A stretch of 64,000 bases of DNA from Candidatus Puniceispirillaceae bacterium (GTDB taxonomy: Bacteria; Pseudomonadota; Alphaproteobacteria; Puniceispirillales; Puniceispirillaceae): NCBI GenBank assembly GCA_965657645.1, contig CBFHOS010000008.1:3597-67596 (forward strand), read 5' to 3'. The notes beneath the pieces were generated by a model, which was not told the DNA's origin, searched no databases, and was given only the letters and a program-made list of their open reading frames with translations. Each line of letters begins with the position of its first letter. Within the stretch, counting starts at the first letter, position 1. Shown here piece by piece: positions 29,346-39,780 of the stretch. The translations under genes and the position numbers were made by a program.

Positions 29346-29385
29346 CTAGACCAGAACCAAGCCTTTCAGATATAAGCTGTTATTC

Positions 29386-30414
29386 ATGATTGATAAGTCA
29401 TCTAAAACTGTTGCTTCAACAGATACGAGCGCGGCCGTGGCACTCTCCAGCCGCCACCTCCTAGGCATTGAGGGCATGTCCCCTCTCGAAATCCGCGCTT
29501 TGTTAGATCGCGGCAACCATTTCGCCGATGCCATTCAAAACCAAGACAATGATTTTGCCGTGAGCGATGTTCTCAAAGGCAAGACCATCATTAATCTGTT
29601 TTATGAAAATTCGACCCGCACACGGGTGTCATTTGAATTGGCGGCAAAGCGGCTCGGTGCATCGGTGCTGAATATTGCAGTGGCTGGTTCCTCGGTCAAA
29701 AAGGGTGAAACCCTGCTTGATACAGCAACAACGCTTAATGCCATGCATCCCGATATTTTGGTGATCCGGCATAATTGCTCTGGTGCCGCCCAGCTATTAA
29801 GCCAGCATGTCGATGCCGCGGTGATTAATGCGGGTGATGGCCGCCATGAACATCCGACACAAGCTTTGCTCGATGCACTAACGATCCGGCGCCGTATGGG
29901 CCATATTGAGGGCCTAAAAATAACCATCTGCGGTGATATCGCAAATAGCCGCGTCGCCAGATCTAATATCCAGCTGTTGGCATCATTGGGCGCAGAGGTT
30001 CGTTTGGTGTGTCCGGCGACACTCCTTCCGGCGGCGATTGACCAACTCGGCATTGATGTCTTTACCAATATGGAAGAAGGCATCTATGGGGCCGATATCG
30101 TGATGATGCTCCGGCTCCAGACAGAACGCATGGCCGGCACAGAAACCCCATCCCAGCGGGAATATTTCAACCTGTTCGGCCTCGATCAGGCAAAATTAAT
30201 GCGGGCCGCACCTGAGGCGTTGATTATGCATCCAGGGCCAATGAACCGCGGTGTGGAAATCGACTCCGCCACCGCCGATGATGCCGATAAGAGCCTTATC
30301 CGTACACAGGTCGAAATGGGTGTTGCCGCACGGATGGCCTGTCTTGAGGCCATTGCCAGCGGTATCGACAAGTCGCGTCACGCCAAGGCAGGTAAGAGCG
30401 GAGGCGCATCATGA
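29386..30414 (+). CDS. pyrB: Aspartate carbamoyltransferase catalytic subunit
   Basis: 342 aa. Contains [21 protein letters not shown] and HPGP motifs. Confidence 0.95.
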   Translation: MIDKSSKTVASTDTSAAVALSSRHLLGIEGMSPLEIRALLDRGNHFADAIQNQDNDFAVSDVLKGKTIINLFYENSTRTRVSFELAAKRLGASVLNIAVAGSSVKKGETLLDTATTLNAMHPDILVIRHNCSGAAQLLSQHVDAAVINAGDGRHEHPTQALLDALTIRRRMGHIEGLKITICGDIANSRVARSNIQLLASLGAEVRLVCPATLLPAAIDQLGIDVFTNMEEGIYGADIVMMLRLQTERMAGTETPSQREYFNLFGLDQAKLMRAAPEALIMHPGPMNRGVEIDSATADDADKSLIRTQVEMGVAARMACLEAIASGIDKSRHAKAGKSGGAS

Positions 30415-31712
30415 TGGACACATTATTTACCAATGCCCGGTTGATTGATCCGTCACAAAACATCGACGGCATCGGCTATTTGGGAATAAAAGACGGGGTC
30501 ATTGCGCTAATGGGTCTTGGCAAACCATCGGCGAGTGACGAAGCGCATAAAGCCGATGAAATTATTGATTGCAAAGGCGCATGCCTCGCCCCCGGCATTG
30601 TTGATATGCGGGTACAGACTGCTGATCCGGGCAACGAGCATCTTGAAGATTTGGCGACATTGTTGCGGGCCGCCGCCGCAGCTGGCATTACCGGCCTTGC
30701 CTGTTTACCGAACACCCAGCCAGTCATTGACGATGCCAGCATGATTGACTCGCTTACCCTTCGCGCCTCCCGCTTTGGTGGTCCGCGTCTTTATGTATAT
30801 GGCGCCGCAACGAAAAACCTGAGCGGTTCTGAAATGGCCGAGATCGGGCTTATGAGTGAGGCTGGCGCTGTTGGTTTTTGTAATGGCGTTAGCACCATTG
30901 ATAATAGCCTAGTAATGCGCCGCGCCCTCTCCTATTGCGGCATGCTCGACAAGGTGTTGATCCAGCATTGCGAGGATAGCGACCTTGCGGCTGGTGGTGA
31001 AATGAATGAGGGCGAGACCTCTACCCGCCTTGGTTTACTGGGTATTCCTGCCGCGGCTGAGGCGATTATCATTGATCGTGATTTGCATCTAGTGCGCCTT
31101 ACCGGAGCGCGGTATCATGTTGCCCATATCACAACCAGAGCCGGCATTGACGCTGTGCGCCGTGCCAAGCTAGAGGGATTACCGGTAACGGCAGACACTG
31201 CCCCGCCATATTTCCTGTTAAACGAGATCGCCGTTAGCACTTATGACACCGCGTTCAAATTATCACCGCCCCTGCGCAGTGAAGACGATAGACACGCGGT
31301 AATCGAAGGTTTGGCAGACGGCACTATTGACGCCATTGCATCGGACCATGTCCCCGTAGACGGCGATGCCAAGGCGCAACCATTTGGTCCATCTCAACCA
31401 GGCGCATCTGGCATCGACACTCTATTTGCATTAACAATGGCACTGGTCCAGCAAGAGCATATTTCATTGGTTCGTGCGTTTGAATTGCTGTCATTAGCGC
31501 CAGCCTCTATCCTCGACATTCAGGGCGGAACTTTGGTTGCCGGATCGCCGGCTGATCTTATTATTTGTCGGCCTGATGTTGGCTGGATGATCCGCGGTGG
31601 CGATTTTGTCTCATCATCACGCTTTACCCCATTTGAAGGCACACCAGCCCAAGGCATGATTGACGCAACCTATGTTAACGGCGTCAAAATCTTTGAAAGA
31701 TCAGCAAAATGA
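30411..31712 (+). CDS. Dihydroorotase-like protein, probably non-catalytic PyrC' (ATCase-associated)
   Basis: 433 aa of the amidohydrolase/DHOase type-I family. The N-terminal metal motif D-x-H-x-H is replaced by DMRVQ. Overlaps pyrB by 4 nt. Confidence 0.8.
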   Translation: MMDTLFTNARLIDPSQNIDGIGYLGIKDGVIALMGLGKPSASDEAHKADEIIDCKGACLAPGIVDMRVQTADPGNEHLEDLATLLRAAAAAGITGLACLPNTQPVIDDASMIDSLTLRASRFGGPRLYVYGAATKNLSGSEMAEIGLMSEAGAVGFCNGVSTIDNSLVMRRALSYCGMLDKVLIQHCEDSDLAAGGEMNEGETSTRLGLLGIPAAAEAIIIDRDLHLVRLTGARYHVAHITTRAGIDAVRRAKLEGLPVTADTAPPYFLLNEIAVSTYDTAFKLSPPLRSEDDRHAVIEGLADGTIDAIASDHVPVDGDAKAQPFGPSQPGASGIDTLFALTMALVQQEHISLVRAFELLSLAPASILDIQGGTLVAGSPADLIICRPDVGWMIRGGDFVSSSRFTPFEGTPAQGMIDATYVNGVKIFERSAK

Positions 31713-32341
31713 TTGTCGATCCGATGTTTATCGGCGGGGTTATTTTGATCTCTTACTTAGCGGGTGCCATTCCGTTTGGCCTTGTTTTCACCCGCCTTGC
31801 TGGCAAGGGTGACATTCGCGCCATTGGTAGTGGCAATATCGGCACGACCAATGTTTTGCGCACAGGCAGTAAACCTCTTGCCGCTCTGACTTTGATTTTT
31901 GACGCTGGCAAGGGCGCGGTGATTATTTTGATCGCGGTGCATTTTGCATCGACTACCGACAATGCCGCTACAGGCGAGACCATCACTTTGATAAGCGCAA
32001 TTTCTGGCCTTAGCGCGGTAATCGGCCATTGCTTCCCCATTTGGTTAGGCTTTAAGGGCGGAAAGGGCGTTGCTACAGCGCTTGCAGTCTTTGCCACCTA
32101 TGATTTGCGCTTGGGCGGCTTGTTCGTCGCTCTGTGGCTGTCTGTGGCGTTTATCTTCCGGTTTTCATCGCTTGCCGCCCTCACCGCCACGTTGGGCTGT
32201 GTCGCCGCGGCCTTTTTGCTTGGGCTTGATATGGCGATTGTGAGCGCGATGGTGGTGATCACCGGCATAATCTGGGCACGCCATCACGAGAATATCGGCC
32301 GATTGCTCGCTGGAACCGAGTCCAAGATCGGCAAAAAGTAA
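31709..32341 (+). CDS. plsY: Glycerol-3-phosphate acyltransferase PlsY
   Basis: 210 aa. Contains GSGNIGTTNVLRTG and FKGGKGVAT. Confidence 0.95.
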   Translation: MIVDPMFIGGVILISYLAGAIPFGLVFTRLAGKGDIRAIGSGNIGTTNVLRTGSKPLAALTLIFDAGKGAVIILIAVHFASTTDNAATGETITLISAISGLSAVIGHCFPIWLGFKGGKGVATALAVFATYDLRLGGLFVALWLSVAFIFRFSSLAALTATLGCVAAAFLLGLDMAIVSAMVVITGIIWARHHENIGRLLAGTESKIGKK

Positions 32342-32395
32342 TCAATTACTGCCCTATTAACCTAAGGTTAATAACTCGTCCTTATACCTATCCTT

Positions 32396-33487
32396 ATGGA
32401 TCACGCAGAAAAGCTGGCCACCTTAAGGCTTATTCGCACGCATAATATCGGACCAATGACGTTCTCTTTACTCATTCGCCGTTTTGGCAGTGCGTGTGAT
32501 GCACTAGCCGCCGTCCCGGAATTATCAAAGCGCGGTGGGCGCAAGATTACTCTTGCCGCAACATCTCTCGCCGAAGCGGAGATTGAAGCTAACACATCTG
32601 CCGGCGCACAGCTCATATTTAAGGGCGACGATGCATACCCGCCGCGTCTCGCCCAGTTCGACGACACCCCACCGGTTATATCTGTCTGTGGTAACACGCA
32701 TCTGTTACACCGCCCGATGATTGCGATGGTTGGCGCCCGCAACGCCTCCATTAATGCCCAGAGGCATGGAGAGAAACTGGCCGAGGAGTTAACGGGTGAA
32801 GGATATGTGATCGTGTCTGGTCTTGCCCGCGGGATTGATACGGCCGCACATAACGGCGCATTGCAGGGCGGAACCGTTGCGGTGATCGCGGGCGGCATTG
32901 ATGTCGTCTACCCGCCAGAAAACGAGGATTTGCAAAATGCCATTGCTCAAACCGGACTTTTGCTGGCGGAAATGCCGCCCGGCACCACCCCTACCCCGCG
33001 GCATTTTCCCATCCGCAATCGGATCATTGCCGGTATGGCTGTTGGTACAGTGGTTATTGAGGCGGCGGAACGCTCTGGTTCATTGATCACCGCACGAGAA
33101 GCCTCGGAGCGCGGCGGCGAGGTCATGGCCATTCCCGGATCACCGCTAGACCCACGCGCGGCTGGTTGTAATCATCTGATCCGCGAAGGTGCCACTCTGG
33201 TGCAAAACCATCTTGATATCATCGAGGCGCTTTCCAACGCCGTCGAGGTAAGGGCACCAGCACATCGCGAACCCGACGCGCATTTTGTCGCCAGCTCTGA
33301 ACAGGACATTACTATTGCCCGCAGTGCGATTCTGTCTGGACTTGCCGCCGAGCCGATTGAAATCGATGAATTAACCCGCTGGTGCAAGGTTTCACCAGCC
33401 AGTGTCCATGCCGCAATTCTTGAGCTAGAGCTAGCCGGATTTTTACTTCGGCTTCACGGAAATCGCGTTTCAAAAATCCTGATTTGA
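32396..33487 (+). CDS. dprA: DNA-processing protein DprA (Smf)
   Basis: 363 aa. Contains SGLARGIDTAAHNGAL and IPGSPLD. Confidence 0.9.
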   Translation: MDHAEKLATLRLIRTHNIGPMTFSLLIRRFGSACDALAAVPELSKRGGRKITLAATSLAEAEIEANTSAGAQLIFKGDDAYPPRLAQFDDTPPVISVCGNTHLLHRPMIAMVGARNASINAQRHGEKLAEELTGEGYVIVSGLARGIDTAAHNGALQGGTVAVIAGGIDVVYPPENEDLQNAIAQTGLLLAEMPPGTTPTPRHFPIRNRIIAGMAVGTVVIEAAERSGSLITAREASERGGEVMAIPGSPLDPRAAGCNHLIREGATLVQNHLDIIEALSNAVEVRAPAHREPDAHFVASSEQDITIARSAILSGLAAEPIEIDELTRWCKVSPASVHAAILELELAGFLLRLHGNRVSKILI

Positions 33488-33508
33488 AAAAAAATAATCG
33501 AGATTTTT

Positions 33509-33537
33509 TTGACAAAACCAAATTTTGGTACTATCGC
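33509..33537 (+). promoter_or_regulatory. Candidate sigma-70 promoter for topA
   Basis: TTGACA (33509-33514), 17-nt spacer, TATCGC (33532-33537). About 30 nt upstream of the topA ATG. Confidence 0.3.
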
Positions 33538-33566
33538 AAGCGCTCCACCACATTGAAAGGAAGCGC

Positions 33567-36236
33567 ATGAAACTCGTCATTGTAGAGTCGCCAGCCAAAG
33601 CCAAAACCATTAATAGGTACCTTGGCGATGACTTTAAGGTGCTTGCGTCTTTTGGCCATGTGTGTGACCTGCCGAGCAAGGATGGGTCCGTGCTTCCGGA
33701 CGAAGATTTTGAGATGAAATGGCAAGTCTCTGACGGGTCAAAAAAGCATCTCAGCGAAATCCAGACTGCGCTGAAACAAGCAGATAAACTCATTCTGGCA
33801 ACTGACCCCGACCGCGAGGGAGAGGCCATTAGCTGGCATGTACTGGAATTACTCAAGGCGAAAAAGCTGATTGGTGACAAGCCGGTTGAGCGGGTGGTGT
33901 TCAACGAAGTCACAAAAACCGCTATCCTAAAGGCGATGGACCAGCCGCGCGACCTGGATGTCGAATTGATTGACGCCTACCGCGCCCGCCGCGCCCTCGA
34001 TTATCTTGTCGGATTTTCTATCTCGCCCGTGCTGTGGCGCAAACTTCCCGGCTCTCGCTCTGCTGGCCGTGTGCAATCTGTTGCGCTTCGCCTGATTTGT
34101 GAGCGTGAAGCGGCAATCGAAGCCTTTAACAGCGAAGAATATTGGAGTGTGGAAGCCGAAATGGGCAAGGCTGATGGGCGTAACTTCACCGCTCGCCTGA
34201 CGCATCTAGACGGTGAGAAGGTTGCCAAGCTAGACATCAAGACCGAAGCCGCCGCCCTCGCCGCTGTTGAGAAAATCAAAGCATCTGCGCTATTTGTGAA
34301 GAATATCGAGACAAAGCGTCAAAAGCGTAATCCGTCTCCACCATTCACCACATCAACCATGCAGCAAGAAGCATCTCGCAAGCTTGGCTTCTCCGCCCAA
34401 CGGACCATGCAGATTGCCCAAAGATTGTATGAAGGCATCAATATCGGCTCGGAGACTACCGGCCTCATTACCTATATGCGTACCGACGGTGTCCAGCTGG
34501 GCGGCGAGGCTATCGCGTCTGTGCGGGCCGATATCGGCACCCGTTATGGCAATCGCTATGTGCCTGACGCACCCCGCGTGTACAAAACCAAAGCGGCAAA
34601 TGCGCAAGAAGCCCACGAGGCCATTCGCCCGACCGAGATTAGCCGGGCTCCGGCACAAATGCGTGACTATCTCGACCATGACCAATTCCGGCTTTATGAG
34701 CTAATCTGGAAGCGCACAATCGCCAGCCAGATGCAATCAGCCGAACTCGACCAAACCGGTATCGACATTGGCAATGCCGAGGATAGCGTAATGTTACGCG
34801 CGTCAGGACAAGTCATTGTTTTTGATGGCTTCCTGTCTGTATATAAAGAGAGCAAAGACGCCAAAGACGACCAGAGCGCAGATAAAGCCGCGGCTAAGGA
34901 TGTTGGTGCAGGTGACGATGATAGCAAAAAGCTACTGCCCGAAGTATCGCGCACAGAGGCTTTGGCAACACGCAATGTCACCCCTGAACAGCATTTCACC
35001 CAGCCACCACCGCGTTTTACTGATGCAAGTCTGGTCAAGGCGATGGAAGAATTGGGCATTGGCCGCCCGTCGACCTATGCGTCGATCATTCAGGTTTTGC
35101 AAAACCGTAACTATGTGATCAAAGACAAGGGCCGTTTCACCCCAGAGGACCGGGGACGGCTGGTCTCAACATTCTTGATGAATTTCTTTGATCGTTATGT
35201 TGAGTATGACTTCACCGCAAAGCTAGAGGGCCAGCTTGATGAGGTTTCGGCCGGCACGCTCGACTGGAAAACCCTGTTGGCGAATTTCTGGCGCGATTTC
35301 AAAATTGCGATTGATGGCACTAAAGACCTGACGATCACCAATGTTCTTGATGTTCTTGACGAAGAGCTTGGCCCCCATTTCTTTAAGGCAGATGATGCTG
35401 GCGCCTTGATCCGCACCTGTCCAAATTGTGCGAATGGTAGGCTTGGCCTAAAACTGGGCAAATTTGGTGCCTTTGTTGGTTGTTCAAACTATCCAGAATG
35501 TAAATTCACCCGGCAATTATCGAGTGATAATGATGATGCCGAGCAAGGCCCTGTAGGCGACAAAAACCTTGGTGACGATCCAAAAACCGGACTGCCGATT
35601 TATATGCGGCGCGGGCCTTATGGTCCTTATGTCCAGCTGGGTGATCCGGAAACCAAAAAGCCGAAACGTGCCTCCCTGCCAAAGGGATTGTCCGCCGCAG
35701 ATATGGATCTAGAGCGCGCCATCGGCCTATTGGCATTGCCGCGCGATGTTGGCGCACATCCAGAGACTGGCGATATGATCCAAGCCGGACTTGGTCGTTT
35801 TGGTCCCTATCTTAAATATCAGGGCGGGTTCAGTAGCCTGCCGGCTGAAGATGATTTGCTCACCATCGGCATTAACCGGGCGGTCGATTTGTTGGCAGAA
35901 GCCGCAAAGAAAAAGGGCCGGCTTCTTGGCCAGCATCCTGACGGCGGTGATATCCATGTAAAGGCCGGTCGTTATGGTGCCTATGTCCAGCATGCGAAAA
36001 CGCGCGCAACCTTACCGCGCGACACTGAAATTGCTGATGTCACATTGGAAATGGCGATTCCTCTGATTGCGGAAAAAGCGGCTAAATCTCCGGCCCCTAA
36101 AAAGAAGGCCGCAAAAAAGAAAACCACCGCTAAGAAGAAGACTGCCGCCAAGAAGAAGACTGCCGCCAAGAAAAAAGCTGCCCCAAAAAAGGCCGCGGCT
36201 AAAATGGCGACTATTGCAAAGAAAGAGGCCCAATAG
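33567..36236 (+). CDS. topA: DNA topoisomerase I
   Basis: Starts MKLVIVESPAKAKTINRYLG at the ATG at 33567, after GAAAGGA. Has Toprim and Topo IA domains, a Zn-ribbon CPNC...C..YPEC, and a Lys/Ala-rich C-terminal tail. Confidence 0.95.
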   Translation: MKLVIVESPAKAKTINRYLGDDFKVLASFGHVCDLPSKDGSVLPDEDFEMKWQVSDGSKKHLSEIQTALKQADKLILATDPDREGEAISWHVLELLKAKKLIGDKPVERVVFNEVTKTAILKAMDQPRDLDVELIDAYRARRALDYLVGFSISPVLWRKLPGSRSAGRVQSVALRLICEREAAIEAFNSEEYWSVEAEMGKADGRNFTARLTHLDGEKVAKLDIKTEAAALAAVEKIKASALFVKNIETKRQKRNPSPPFTTSTMQQEASRKLGFSAQRTMQIAQRLYEGINIGSETTGLITYMRTDGVQLGGEAIASVRADIGTRYGNRYVPDAPRVYKTKAANAQEAHEAIRPTEISRAPAQMRDYLDHDQFRLYELIWKRTIASQMQSAELDQTGIDIGNAEDSVMLRASGQVIVFDGFLSVYKESKDAKDDQSADKAAAKDVGAGDDDSKKLLPEVSRTEALATRNVTPEQHFTQPPPRFTDASLVKAMEELGIGRPSTYASIIQVLQNRNYVIKDKGRFTPEDRGRLVSTFLMNFFDRYVEYDFTAKLEGQLDEVSAGTLDWKTLLANFWRDFKIAIDGTKDLTITNVLDVLDEELGPHFFKADDAGALIRTCPNCANGRLGLKLGKFGAFVGCSNYPECKFTRQLSSDNDDAEQGPVGDKNLGDDPKTGLPIYMRRGPYGPYVQLGDPETKKPKRASLPKGLSAADMDLERAIGLLALPRDVGAHPETGDMIQAGLGRFGPYLKYQGGFSSLPAEDDLLTIGINRAVDLLAEAAKKKGRLLGQHPDGGDIHVKAGRYGAYVQHAKTRATLPRDTEIADVTLEMAIPLIAEKAAKSPAPKKKAAKKKTTAKKKTAAKKKTAAKKKAAPKKAAAKMATIAKKEAQ

Positions 36237-38545
36237 TGTCAGATCCAGAGACCGAGCTTCCCAATAAAGAGCGTTCCAATACAGCGCTCCCAAGTGAAGA
36301 ATTGGTCCTTGATTACATCAATAGTTGCGTGTCCCCACCGAGTGTTCGCGACATTGCCCGTGCGCTTAAATTACCACAAGAATTGCGGGCCCCACTTCGC
36401 CGAATGATCCGTCAAATGGCGGAAAACGGGACCATTGCGCGTCAAGAAGGCCGCCGTGTTGCCGCACCAGATCAATTGCCCGAAGTCACCGTTCTAGAGA
36501 TCACCGGCTTTGACGATCAGGGTGATTGTATGGCGGTTGCGCCGTCAAACACCAAGGATGAAGCGCCAGAAATTCGCGTGCTATTGAGCAAAAAAGCAGG
36601 CCGCGCCCCAGCCATTGGCCAGAGTATTTTGGCGCGGTTGGCTAAAACGGGTCCCAATCACTATGAAGCGCGGATCATTCGGCTTCTTGATCGCCAGCAA
36701 AAGCGGATGTTCGGTGTGGTTACGAAAACCAGTAAGGGCTTTCGCCTTGCACCGGCCGAACGCGGCAAACGCGATTCGATAACCATTCAATCCAGCCCCG
36801 ACACCTCCAAAAATTCCGGTGGTATCAATTGGCAAGATGGTGATCTTGTTGAAGCCGAGTTGATGCCATCGCGTGGTTATATGGGCAAAGCCGCACGGGT
36901 TATCCGCACCCTTGGCCCCGCCGATGAGCGCGGTGCATTTAGTGCGCTGGCCCTTGCCGAATTTAACATCCGCCATAGCTTTCCCGATGACGTCATCGCC
37001 GAGGCAGACGCCTTAAAAGCGCCAAACGCAAAAGGCCGTGAGGATTTGCGGTCATTGTCATTAGTCACGATTGATGGTGCCGATGCGCGTGATTTTGACG
37101 ATGCGGTATATGCCGAACCGCTCGATAATGGCGGTTGGCGTTTGCTCATCGCGATTGCGGATGTGTCGCATTATGTGCGCCCCGATAGCCCGCTTGATAC
37201 AGAGGCCCGCCGCCGTGGTAACTCGGTCTATCTGCCCGATATGGTAGTGCCGATGCTGCCTGAGGCCATTTCCAATGATTTATGTTCATTGCGACCGCTT
37301 GAAGACCGCGCGGCGATGGTGGCCGAGGTGATTATCACCGCAGAGGGTAACAAGACCGAACACCGGATTTTCCGCGCGTTAATACGCTCGCATGCCCGCC
37401 TCACCTATGATCAGGTGCAATCGGTTTATGAAGGCACGCATGATGAGGATGATATTGGCGTTGGGCATGGTGTTCTTCATAATTTGTTCGCCGCATGGCG
37501 CGCGCTGGATATTGCCCGCCAAGAACGGGAACCCCTCGCCCTCAATATGAAAGAGCGGCGCGTGGTCATGGATGAGTCTGGCCAGGCCGTGGCGATTTCG
37601 CAAAGATCACAAAACGAGGCGCAACGTCTCATTGAAGATTTCATGATCACCGCTAATGTCGTCGCCGCCGAGATTTTGATTGCCGGCAAACGCCCGTGCG
37701 TATTTCGGGTGCATGACCAGCCTGATCCGAAAAAAGCTGATAGCCTCTATGACCTCGCCAAAACTGTTGGGGCTAATTTTACCAAGGGTCAGGTTCTGCG
37801 GCCGCATCACTTTAACGCAATCTTGCTTCATGTGCGCGATAGTGACGATGAATTGATGGTCAATGAGGCGGTTTTGCGCAGTCAAGCCAAGGCAATTTAT
37901 AGCATTGATAATATTGGCCATTTTGGCTTGTCCCTGCGCAATTACGCGCATTTCACATCACCGATCAGGCGGTATGCCGATTTATTGGTGCACCGTGCTC
38001 TGGTCGATAATTTCGCTACGACAAAGGCGCCAAAGGATGGTCTTAACGGCATGGCGGGCGAGAGCATTGCCGAGATTTGCCAGCATATTTCAGAGACCGA
38101 ATCCAACGCCGCCGGTGCCGAGCGCCGCACGATTGACCGCTTTGCGGCATCGCTATTCAGTTCACGCGTGACCGACATTGTGGATGGCACGATTGCTGGG
38201 ATCACCGGCTTTGGTGCGTTTGTCCGGCTGGAAGATGGCACGGCAGATGGTTTCCTGCCGCTGTCAGGTTTGCCCGATGATTATTACAATCTGGATGCGG
38301 CTGGTCAGGTATTAACCGGACGGCATACGGGCTGGTCATTCACCACAGGCACAAAGCTAAAAGTACAAATTCTCGAAGTAACGCCAATTAGTGGCGGGAT
38401 CCTTCTTGGCTGGGAGGAAGGCGGCATTCCGAATGACCGTTCATCGAACAGCCGCCGCAAACAATCGACGCCAGGTGCGGGCAAAGGACGCCATCACAAG
38501 TCCGCGCGCGGCAATAAGAAATCTGGTAAACGAAAAAGGCGCTGA
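36236..38545 (+). CDS. rnr: Ribonuclease R
   Basis: 769 aa. RNB domain IDGADARDFDDAV, a C-terminal S1 domain and a basic tail. The GTG start overlaps the topA stop (TAGTG). Confidence 0.95.
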   Translation: MSDPETELPNKERSNTALPSEELVLDYINSCVSPPSVRDIARALKLPQELRAPLRRMIRQMAENGTIARQEGRRVAAPDQLPEVTVLEITGFDDQGDCMAVAPSNTKDEAPEIRVLLSKKAGRAPAIGQSILARLAKTGPNHYEARIIRLLDRQQKRMFGVVTKTSKGFRLAPAERGKRDSITIQSSPDTSKNSGGINWQDGDLVEAELMPSRGYMGKAARVIRTLGPADERGAFSALALAEFNIRHSFPDDVIAEADALKAPNAKGREDLRSLSLVTIDGADARDFDDAVYAEPLDNGGWRLLIAIADVSHYVRPDSPLDTEARRRGNSVYLPDMVVPMLPEAISNDLCSLRPLEDRAAMVAEVIITAEGNKTEHRIFRALIRSHARLTYDQVQSVYEGTHDEDDIGVGHGVLHNLFAAWRALDIARQEREPLALNMKERRVVMDESGQAVAISQRSQNEAQRLIEDFMITANVVAAEILIAGKRPCVFRVHDQPDPKKADSLYDLAKTVGANFTKGQVLRPHHFNAILLHVRDSDDELMVNEAVLRSQAKAIYSIDNIGHFGLSLRNYAHFTSPIRRYADLLVHRALVDNFATTKAPKDGLNGMAGESIAEICQHISETESNAAGAERRTIDRFAASLFSSRVTDIVDGTIAGITGFGAFVRLEDGTADGFLPLSGLPDDYYNLDAAGQVLTGRHTGWSFTTGTKLKVQILEVTPISGGILLGWEEGGIPNDRSSNSRRKQSTPGAGKGRHHKSARGNKKSGKRKRR

Positions 38546-38664
38546 TCAGTGCTTGACAAAAGCCGCGTTATCCAGCAATTTGGCGCAGTTTTTGAGCGCC
38601 GTGTGGTGGCTTTGGGCAAACCCCAAGTGCAACCACGGACAACATCTCTCTAGGAGTTATAGCA

Positions 38665-38832
38665 ATGGCAAAGCCAGCTACCCTTCAAATCCGGCTCGTT
38701 AGCACAGCCGACACCGGTTTTTTCTACGTCACTAAGAAAAACCCACGGACTAAGCCAGAAAAGCTGGAAGTCATGAAATATGACCCACGCGCGCGCAAGC
38801 ACGTGTTGTTCCGTGAAGCAAAAATCAAGTAA
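38665..38832 (+). CDS. rpmG: 50S ribosomal protein L33
   Basis: Not in the ORF track (55 aa). Manual translation: [64 protein letters not shown] at 38651-38656. Confidence 0.9.
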   Translation: MAKPATLQIRLVSTADTGFFYVTKKNPRTKPEKLEVMKYDPRARKHVLFREAKIK

Positions 38833-38862
38833 ATCGATCCGGCGCATGAATGCGCTAGTCCT

Positions 38863-39780
38863 ATGATTGGGATTTCGATTGATCAAAATAGAATACACAC
38901 CGCCATTTTTTCAAATGGCGGTGATTTCGTTTGTGGCCAAGATTGCCCTGCCCCCAGTGATAGCTATCGCGATTGCCTTGTCGCCATCGCCGACCAAATC
39001 ACCCAGATCACCTCATCACAACCAAATTCGGGGCCTATTGGCGTAGCAATTCCGGGCGTGGTGGCTAATGGCGTAATCACCCATTCGGTCATTCCCCATC
39101 TCAATGGCAAAACCCTCCACAGCGATCTGCAAGCCGCATTGGGCCGTGAGATCCACCTTGGCAACATTGGTGATTGCTTCACTTTGTTCGAGGCCCAAAA
39201 GGGAGTGGCCGCGGGAGCAATTGATAATGCGAGCCCCGTGAAAAATGTGTTCGGTATGGTCATAGATGCAAGCTGTCACGGCGGGCTGAGCGTTAATGGC
39301 ACCCTGCTCAAAGGGCGCAACGGCATCACTGGTAATTGGGCGCATTTGCCACTTCCGGCGCCGGTTCCCTATGAATTAGAGGGGCAGGATTGCTGGTGTG
39401 GGCGCGTTGGGTGCCTTGAGACATTCTTATCATCATCTGGATTAGAGGATGATTACTTCAAAATCACCGAAAACCACCAAAGCGCGGCCCAGATCGCCGC
39501 CGCGGCACAGAATAACGATATTGTCGCCGAGAGTGCGCTACAGGTCCTAGAAGACCGTCTAGGACGCGCTACGGCGGCTATTATCAATATTATTGATCCA
39601 GATGTGATCGTGCTGGGCGGTATGGTGGGCGAACTTGACCGCCTGATCACTAACCTACCACGCAAATGGCCGGGCTATGTGATCACCAAAAAAACCCAGA
39701 CAGAACTGGTCGCGACAGAAAACACCACGCGCGCTGTGCTATGCGGTGCCGCAATGTTACCGGCCCAAACCGAGAGCTAG
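38863..39780 (+). CDS. ROK family sugar kinase (NagK/glucokinase-like)
   Basis: 305 aa. ROK zinc motif CWCGRVGCLETF and a GGG-type ATPase fold. Confidence 0.8.
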   Translation: MIGISIDQNRIHTAIFSNGGDFVCGQDCPAPSDSYRDCLVAIADQITQITSSQPNSGPIGVAIPGVVANGVITHSVIPHLNGKTLHSDLQAALGREIHLGNIGDCFTLFEAQKGVAAGAIDNASPVKNVFGMVIDASCHGGLSVNGTLLKGRNGITGNWAHLPLPAPVPYELEGQDCWCGRVGCLETFLSSSGLEDDYFKITENHQSAAQIAAAAQNNDIVAESALQVLEDRLGRATAAIINIIDPDVIVLGGMVGELDRLITNLPRKWPGYVITKKTQTELVATENTTRAVLCGAAMLPAQTES

